Source: Paragordius varius
Taxonomy: Eukaryota > Animalia > Nematomorpha
Assembly (NCBI GenBank): GCA_964247055.1
Contig: OZ176050.1
Location: forward strand, 13,950,001 to 14,014,000
DNA: 64,000 bases
Direction of reading: 5' to 3'
The notes under the pieces: model-generated
What the model was told of the DNA's origin: nothing
Seen by the model: only the letters and a program-made list of their open reading frames with translations
Database searches by the model: none
Shown: in pieces, positions 56,056 to 64,000 of the stretch
Position numbering within the stretch: the first letter of the stretch is position 1
How the letters are laid out: each line of letters begins with the position of its first letter
Translations under genes and position numbers: made by a program

Positions 56056-57190
56056 TAAATGCATATCTGTCAAGATTTACTCACTGATGATACAAATTGT
56101 TTAAAGTTGGTAAGTAAATATGGATACACTTTTCATTTTTTCTGCCTGTTATTTACATCTGGTTTCACACAAAATGGTCATTCCGATTCAACCGAAGATT
56201 TATATGGTTTTAATTTACCGAGTATCCTAAACGAGTTCCACAGAGCTCAAAAATTGATATGCCTTTATTGTTAACGCATGGGCGCTTCTATTGGTTGTTG
56301 TGTCAGTTCTTGTAAGAAAAGTTATCATTTCCCTTGTTTTAAAAACGACAACCAAAACTTGGGTTCGTTTAGCTCCTATTGTTCAGAACATATCCTACTT
56401 TTGCAATAAAAATGCCTCATATGTATGTTACAAATAAGGAACACTAAAATTCATTAAACAAAATATCAATTCAAAAATAACTACGATTGCAACTTCGAGG
56501 ACAAACACTACACCGATTATGAACTTATCCGTGGAAACAATAGCATAACCCCGCCACAGCGTTTTGCCTCGAAATGATACAAGGCCAAATTAAAAAAGAA
56601 AAAAATGGCTACACACAGCCACAAAAATCTAAAAAATAAATACCTGTCTTGAACAATGATGACTTTGAATGTGACCAAATTATTAGAATTGAGTGTAAAA
56701 TAACTATCACGCCTTTATATATACAAAGACATGAAATCCTCCAGATGTGTTCTCGAAATCTATTATTTGCCTAATATGTCAACAGACCAATCTTCGATTT
56801 GAAAGAGTTTTATATTCAAACAGAACGCTGTTCAACTGCTCATTTTCATAGGTATTTGATTCAGAAACAAGGATTTCACTCCTTATTTATTCCAGTGTCG
56901 GCTTGTTGTAATAAAGAAATTTTTCTAGGAACTTTGAAAGACCGTATATACTTCCCTGAGCCCGACGCAAGTTGGGAACCAAAGGATAATGCCTACAGTG
57001 AGTTATATCAAAAGCCAGAATACTGTTCTCACCTTTACCGTAAATGTCCGCATAGCACCGATGAGATGCTTATTTGTGAATCATGCGGGAGTGAGGCCAA
57101 ACTTTTACCATGCGTTGGATTTAGGCTTACCGACTCGATTCCTGATCAATGGTATTGTTGTGCTTCTTTATACAATTCCCCCCCCCCCCC
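56056..57190 (+). pseudogene. G2E3/PHF7-like extended-PHD/RING/PHD pseudogene
   Basis: HFFCLLFTSG...YGF...[34 protein letters not shown]...SYCSEH and IYFPEPDASWEPKDNAYSELYQ...CESCG...QWYC resemble the G2E3 N-terminus. It has an in-frame TAA and frameshifts. Confidence 0.78.
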
Positions 57191-57246
57191 CCACCCCCTG
57201 AACTATCAAATTATATGCACTGAATGACATTGCTTCTTTGTCAAAA

Positions 57247-57635
57247 TAGAAAGGGCAGGGACGTAATCAACGCCAGCTTATGGCTCGCGCTTACTGGGAA
57301 TTCCTCGCTCAAAATAATTACGATTCCCTATCCCCATCGAGAAAGAGTTTCAGCGGATTACATAGAAATCGGACAAGGGAAATATCACGCTAATTCTTTC
57401 AGTGTAACCCGCGTCTCACTCCGACATCTAAGGGCATCACAGCCCTGTTATTGCTTAATCTCGTACACTGAAAATATTGTCGCAAGATCCTTCGCTGACG
57501 AGAGACGTCAACGTTCTAGTAAGCAGGTTAGATTGTTTCTTATCGGACTCAATCAGACAAATCCTCCACCAACTAAGACCGGCCATGCACCACCACCCAT
57601 TGAATCAAGAAAGAGCTATCAATCTGTCAATCCTT
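57247..57635 (-). pseudogene. Dispersed, degenerate 18S rRNA fragment (3' half, about V7-V8)
   Basis: Reverse complement contains AGGATTGACAGATTGATAGCTCTTTC, GGTGGTGCATGGCC, GCAATAACAGG..GTGATGCCCTTAGATG and GCGTTGATTACGTCCCTGCCCTTT, with substitutions at normally invariant positions. Confidence 0.92.
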
Positions 57636-57639
57636 AAAT

Positions 57640-60600
57640 TAGATCTGTTTACCAGATTCCCAACGCCAGGGAAAACGAACCTGTAACTCTAAAATGGGTG
57701 CTAGACAAAGCCTTCAATTATGAAAAGGCACATCAATTGGCAACAATAGATGGCAATTGCATACAACAGCTCGGACGTAGAACAAGTGTCCCTGCAGTTT
57801 AGGCCATGCACCCGGCAGATGCCCAGCTTGGGGTCAATTTTACAAGTACCAAGGCTGGAATCACTTTCTACCGTACTGTAAGAAGAAAATGATTAGTCAA
57901 CGTTCAGCATATCAAATGTGGAGCTACCCCTAAGATAACAATAGTAATAATGGTACAATGCGCATGATTATGGACACAGTTTCAAGTTATCTATAATTGA
58001 TTAAGCGTGGGAAAAAATTGCAGAGCCTTTGTTGCAACAAACAGGCCCAGATTTGTATAGCTATGATGGACAAAGAATTAATTCTAAGGGTAGGTGTATG
58101 GTCAGGGTACAAGATGGTGAAACAAAACCTGTGGCGTGCGTGGTGGTGATCGGCATTACCCCAGCAATCCTTGGTTGGGATTGGCTAAAAGAATTTCCGA
58201 ATGCCATAACACAGATGATAAGTTGTCGTAATAAATTTAATTCCCTTTTTTTGAAAAGTTAGGATGTTTCACTTGAGAGCCTATAAGTGTCGCCGCATCC
58301 CGATACCATCAAAAGAAAAAGTCTGAAATTTAAAGACTTGAAGCGGACATAATCATACCATTTCTCGGACTGAGAAATTAGCCTGGGCCACCCTTATTGT
58401 TTGTATAACAAAAGTGAATGATGCCTTAAGATTATATGCAGATTATCATGTTTCAATAAATCCGCATCTGGTAGATGATGGTTATAATATACCGAGATTT
58501 GACAAATTAGTTTCCAAAATAGGATTAGGACATCCTTTTTGGTCTATTTAAAAGACGCATATTTGCAATTGCCAATAGATCAGGAAAGTCAAAAGTTGCT
58601 AACTATTACCACACCCCCAGGGTATTTCACAGAAGAGTTCCCTTTGGCCTAACGAGCGCCACCTGCATTTTTTAAAGATTAATGGATAAGACTTAAGTAA
58701 CCGCCCGGGAACAGCTGTATATTTAGACTATGTTTTTTAACAGGGACAAACCCAACGAACATAAAAGAAACTTGGTATTTAAGCGTCTAGACCAGGCCTT
58801 TGAACTTTTGTAACTTCCGACCCATTTATGATTGCGAGTTTTCTAACGACCCCAACAATTATGAAAGAAAAATAAATTAATATTTTTTGATGATATATCT
58901 TTGGGTAACAATATACATATACATATAAAAAATATAAATTTAGTATTCGTTTGGAAGCGTATAAAAATTTAAATTGAAATTTGCACAAATGTTATAGATA
59001 TGTTTTGTTATGGTTTCAAAAACAAAAGTGGATTCTGACCGTCTTGATTCTTTTGAATATATCCAAGTAGGTGTTAAATATTAAATTAAAGTTTACGTTA
59101 AAAATTTAATGAGATGGATGTGCCTGTTTTTTATTGCATAACAAATCAAATATTGGTGTAATGTTGAAAACTGCTGGACGTAAGACCTATTCAACATTTT
59201 TTATCGCTGAACGATAATGGAATTAATGTATGTTAAAGCTGAGAAAAATATATATGTGGTGCTAAGTGGCAGAAGTGCATTTAACGCCATATCGGCGACT
59301 GTGGGAAATTCAGTTCCAGCCGTTCCAAAATTCAGTTAAGGGCCTTTTTGGAATTGTTGTTTTAGAGTCACACGAAAGTTCAGCAAAATCCTCTTGAGCT
59401 TTAAGTGGCAAATGATCAATCTCACTTAAGCCAATCCAAAACGGCTTTCGTTTCCAAATGCTGATCCATTTAATAAAAGTTTCAATTTTATCGTCTGAAG
59501 TAAATATATCCCAATTTTTTCCTTGAAGAGACAAGTTAAGATCGCTTAACTTCGCAAAAATATCTGACAAATAGCACAGCTTGGATAGCCACAAGTCAAT
59601 TTTAAAAAAAAAGCAGCAAATTTACATTTTCGTTCAGTTAAAATTTCGATCTCGTCCTTTAATAACAATAATCTTTTTAAACTTTGACCTCTTGACAACC
59701 ATCTCTGCATGTAATAACAAAGTTGTGTTTTAGAAATCCGTATCCTTACAGAAATTTGAAAATAAGCGACTGTTAAGGGCATGGCTCTTATCAAATTGAC
59801 TTTAACAGCATTCTGACTAACATCGTTCGATTCTGGTGCTATTTTTTTGCTGCAAAAGCCTCTCGGTGAATAAGGCAATGGGTAAAAGTTATATGATCAT
59901 AATGAGCAGCTTAAAACATGATTTTAAAACCAATATTTTCGTTATTCTTCGCTCTTGCACCATCTGTGCATCACAGCAATTTTTCCATAGTAAACCTTCT
60001 GCTTTTAAAAATTCGTCATCAAATTCTGAATAACATGCACTGTTCACAAACAATGGCTAAAGGAAAATAACACGAAATGTATTAGTTCCTTCAAAATAAC
60101 ACTTTGAAATTTTGTTGATAATATTTATCAGGATTATTTTGGTTTCGAATTGACAAAATAAATCTACATTTTATAAATTTGTATAACATCTTCTGATTCA
60201 TAGTAAATTTATACAACATTATGATCTGAATTGAAATGCTGGTAAACAGTCTTCCGGAACCAGAAGATTTTATGATATATATCTACGGTGAATGTTATTT
60301 TTTCTTGATAGCAATAATTTTACAAGTTAAAAAACGTTTTTTGTTAAATTGTATTTTTATCACTCGCGACCCCATAATTTAGCTACGCGACCGCAAATGG
60401 GGTCGCGACCCATAGTTTAAGAAGCCCTGGTCTAGACGAATCTGGTTTAAAATTAAGTAAAGCAGACTACAACATTTTCAACCCTCCGTAAGTTATTTAG
60501 ACTATGATACATCAAACAACGGCATCTCACCAGCCGCCGATAAAGTTAAAGCCATACAAGACTTCCCAAGACCCAATGACAAAACAACACTCATTCTTAG

Positions 60601-61060
60601 GCTAAATAAATTTTTACACGATTCCTTCCAAAATCGAATAGAAGTTGGTCGACCTAAGTTGTTATAAAAAACCCTGGATATGAAGCAAAAACCTTAAGGA
60701 CTGTTTTTACAAAGCCAAAAATTTAATATGCCATACAGTTAAACACTCGCTATTCAACCCTGAGTTACCTATAATAAAAACAGATTCCTCAAATAAAGGG
60801 TACGGAGCAGTGTTGCTACAAACCACGCGAGAGGGTATAAATAAATTACCTACGCATCAAGGAAGTTATCCTAACCCGAATCATTCAGTCATGAAAAGGA
60901 AGCACAAACCATACTTTTCGCTTTTGAAAAATTTAAAACGTTTATTACGGGGAAGAAGTTTCAATAGCATACTGATCACAGACCACTAATGACATTATCG
61001 TAAAATAGACCAAACACAATTAGCTACCACGTTGGATATATTACCATCCGAATTTAAATA
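57640..61060 (+). mobile_element. Decayed Ty3/Gypsy gag-pol remnant (protease, RT, RNase H), split by a hAT insertion
   Basis: WATLIV..K...LRLYADY, LKDAYLQLP, YLD..., LVFKRLD|ESGLKL across the insertion, DSSNKGYGAVL, EKEAQTILFAFEKF and TDHRPL. Confidence 0.85.
58793..60429 (-). mobile_element. Decayed hAT (Buster/Charlie-type) transposon with an exact 8-bp target duplication GTCTAGAC
   Basis: GTCTAGAC at 58785-58792 and 60430-60437; CAGG-initiated imperfect TIRs; RWLSRGQSLKR and LCYLSDIFAKLSDLNLSLQG motifs. Confidence 0.9.
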
Positions 61061-61434
61061 CCTAGTCAGAAATGGCTGGCCAAACATTTGTCGCAAAAGA
61101 CAATCAGTTATTTCTGGCATAATTTTCTGTCACAATGATTTATTTTATATATTTGTTTTAAAAAAATAATTGAAACGTAGGATTTTAAAGATTAATTGAG
61201 ATAGAGACAATTGGTACATAATATAAACTTCATAAATATTACGGTATTTATCAGTTTTCGACAGTACATAAAACAAAACTAAATATGTCACATCATTAAT
61301 ATTTAATTTAACCTTTATCACAATGGATTGGCTTTAAACACCTATATTGCATTCCACCAAGAGAAATCACATCAAAGTATTTTAAGTTGTGCTACATTTA
61401 AGTTACATAAATTTTATTATACATAGGATTTATA

Positions 61435-61779
61435 CCATTTGCAAGATTCTCAATTCAAGTCCTTGACATTTTAAGTTGATTATGGAACACTTCAAGTTAG
61501 AAATTGAACACTTGTTTGAAAAACATATAAAAGATAATAATTTAGTTAAATTAGAAAAAATTAAGAAACAAAAAAAGCGGTTTTTGAATAAAAAAATTTA
61601 TTTTAATTGAATATATAAGTAATAAAGAAAAAAATTGGGTAAAAACAATTAAATAAAAAATATGCAAAAATAATAATTAAATTTAAAAATTTTGAGGACC
61701 AAATTGAAAGTTTCAAGGATTAAATTGAAATATTCAAGGGCCAACTTGAAGTGTTCACGGACACTCTTGAAGTAAATGG
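61435..61779. mobile_element. Family-B MITE, degenerate
   Basis: TA|CCATTTGC at the left; GGGCCAACTTGAAGTGTTC array and AAATGG|TA at the right. Confidence 0.75.
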
Positions 61780-62724
61780 TATGCATTTATCTCAAAGGAG
61801 ATTTAATTTACATGTCTAGTATATGATTAATATTTCAATGTAATAAAATTTTGAAAAAAAAATAGTGGCGCCTGTCCGCAATTAAATATCATGTTGGCAA
61901 TTTTTAATTGCTAATAATGTCGAAAAATCTAATATATACCAACAGACATGTAAATTAATTCCCCTTTTAGCCAAATTTAAAACTAAATGCTCAATAGGAC
62001 TCATTACTGTATTTCATCCCCTTATATTACGAAGTCAACCCAAACGTTATCAATGGATTTGTGATCTAAATGTAACTGTGGTTTACGAACTTTTTTACAT
62101 TTCATGATTTAAATTAATATTTATATTTTCAAATTTTAATTTAAGCGTAAAAAAGGTGGTTTTAAGAGCCCTTTAATTTAGGAATGATTATGGTAGGAAC
62201 TATATTGAAAACAAAAATAAAACGATTCCAAGAAAACCGGATTTTAAATTTTTTCAAATAAAACCACAATGGTTTGATAAATTTAAACCCGAAATCGGGT
62301 GGTTTTGGCCAATTAAAACAAAATTTAATGGGTTTTATTTTAAGATGCTTTCTGTAATCTTATTACCCGTTTCAAACACTGGTTTGTTTATTTGTATGAG
62401 AAATTGGGACTCCTTTAGGAAGTATGCATAGGGTGTTACAGATCTACCGTAAAATTCCGTAAATTACCATATCATTATTTAATTAGTAATATAAGCTTTT
62501 AATAGTATTACATCTAAATAAGAGTAAAACCGAAATTTTCAAATTTTTTGGTTAATTTTTAATTGCTGATATATTAATTTCGTATGTTTGCTACCATATA
62601 ATCAAGCGACCTTTAAAAATTTTGTAGGTCAAATAATTTACACAGGGAGTTGATTTAATAATACTAACGAACCTTTTTTCTGTTAACATAACTTTTTCTA
62701 TCATATTTTTCCAACGGGTTAACC

Positions 62725-63736
62725 CAGTGGTACTCACCAAAAAAATTTGACGGGCCAAATAAAATATATTCTTTTTTGAGGGCCATAAACCTTATAATGG
62801 CAAATATTCCAGAGCTATTTGACACATTGCACATATTTATACTCTGAGTCAGCACAATAAATTTTTTTCGGAGCGCATGTAAATCCAGCTAAAAACTCTT
62901 TTTGACCATTTCGTTTAAAAAATTAAAATATTTTGATAACATCATTTAATTTTGATATTAACCCATAATTTTTGAATTTGATTTCGTCTCATGACAGGCC
63001 ACGTCGGCTATATGATCATCGGTTAAGCGATTTTTGTTTTTCTTGACATTTATTTTTGAATATGCCGTCTCACATGTGTAAGTTGAGGGAAAAACAGTTA
63101 GGATAACTGGAGCACATTTTTTATATTTTCATATTTATTTGGCACATCATGCCAAAATACATTTTCTTCTCTACGATTCTCATTTAATATAGCCCCCGAA
63201 TTGGAATCTATAATCATTGAATTCTTCAATGATTATAACCTGATCGAAACCAAAATGTTCAAGTTGTCTAAGATTAGATAAATTCATATGCCATGGATTT
63301 TCAACGAATGCTAAGCAATTTTAAATATTTTTTAATTCCTTAAATCTGAGTTTCATCTCATTGGATAAAAATGTTAGATGATTGTTTATTATTAAATTAA
63401 TCTCCGCGGGAAATTCCATATTTTTTCATTAATCGTTGTGAAAGGCTTGCTTAAACACAAAAAAGGAATGCAACAAACATTTCAAAATAGAAAACAAAAC
63501 AGAATACATTAGCAAAAACAACATGTGCCAAAATTTTAAAATCATTTTAATGTAGGGAAAATTTTCTACATTTGGGTAATAAAAATTAAGGAAAATAATT
63601 TAATAATAAATAACCAAAATTCGTTAGTATTTTATTACAATAAAAAAATAATTTAAGTATTAATATGGTCATAGGGCAATTTTAAATCACTTTTAGGGCC
63701 GCATGCGGCCCGCGGGCCGTGGTTTGAGTACCACTG
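62725..63736 (-). mobile_element. Internally deleted hAT transposon retaining the dimerisation-domain coding segment
   Basis: TIR CAGTGGTACTCA / TGAGTACCACTG; TSD GGTTAACC/GGTTAGCC (7/8); the - strand at ~63010-63115 reads FPSTYTCETAYSKINVKKNKNRLTDDH. Confidence 0.85.
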
Positions 63737-64000
63737 GGTTAGCCCATATGTATCCCAAACAAATGAATTTTATTTGTTAATTTTGCCATACAGAGCTATA
63801 TATGATTGTTAATTTTTTATAATTTCGTATTTTTTTGTTATCCTGTCCATGTTATATTATAGTTAAATATTATAAAAACGTTAATATTTTTGGTCATCCT
63901 TATTAATGGCCCATGACTCCCATATATAGGTTTTAGTCAAAGAGCATTTTTTATCGTTTTTAGTTTTAACTGTTTGTGCAAATTCCATTTTTAATGTAAT

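Noticed and set aside
57224-57686. ORFs 57224-57637 and 57477-57686 as proteins; functional rDNA unit
   Set aside because: The ORFs are the antisense frame of an 18S fragment. Only about 390 bp is present, with no ITS, 5.8S or 28S, and invariant positions are mutated.

Overview
Very AT-rich, transposon-dense animal (metazoan-type) genomic window. The taxon cannot be identified from the sequence alone. Six intact spliced housekeeping genes can be reconstructed by hand: DTD1(-), FARSB(-), EHD1-like(+), NAXD(+), MCFD2(-) and COPS5(+). Their introns are strongly bimodal: tiny 22-38 nt introns, mostly near 5' ends, versus introns of about 275 nt or more, many containing MITEs. The main finding is a 3,240-bp TA-flanked Tc1/IS630-type (DD34E) transposon at 45011-48250 that is one near-perfect palindrome. 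Each ~1.58-kb arm carries a 9x21-bp terminal array plus a whole transposase gene, and the two genes sit head-to-head around a 73-bp spacer. One copy is intact and the other is frameshifted. The element lies in MCFD2 intron 2, splitting an older MITE, and shares its ends with many short MITEs in the window. Other observations: tandem duplications that copy splice acceptors plus exon starts in COPS5 and NAXD, long lineage-specific insertions in FARSB and EHD, only 63 bp between the MCFD2 and COPS5 start codons, and a G2E3/PHF7-like pseudogene plus an antisense 18S rRNA fragment between two inverted Gypsy remnants. RTE LINE, hAT/Buster and probable Chapaev3 relics are also present. All reconstructions were done by eye, with no database searches.
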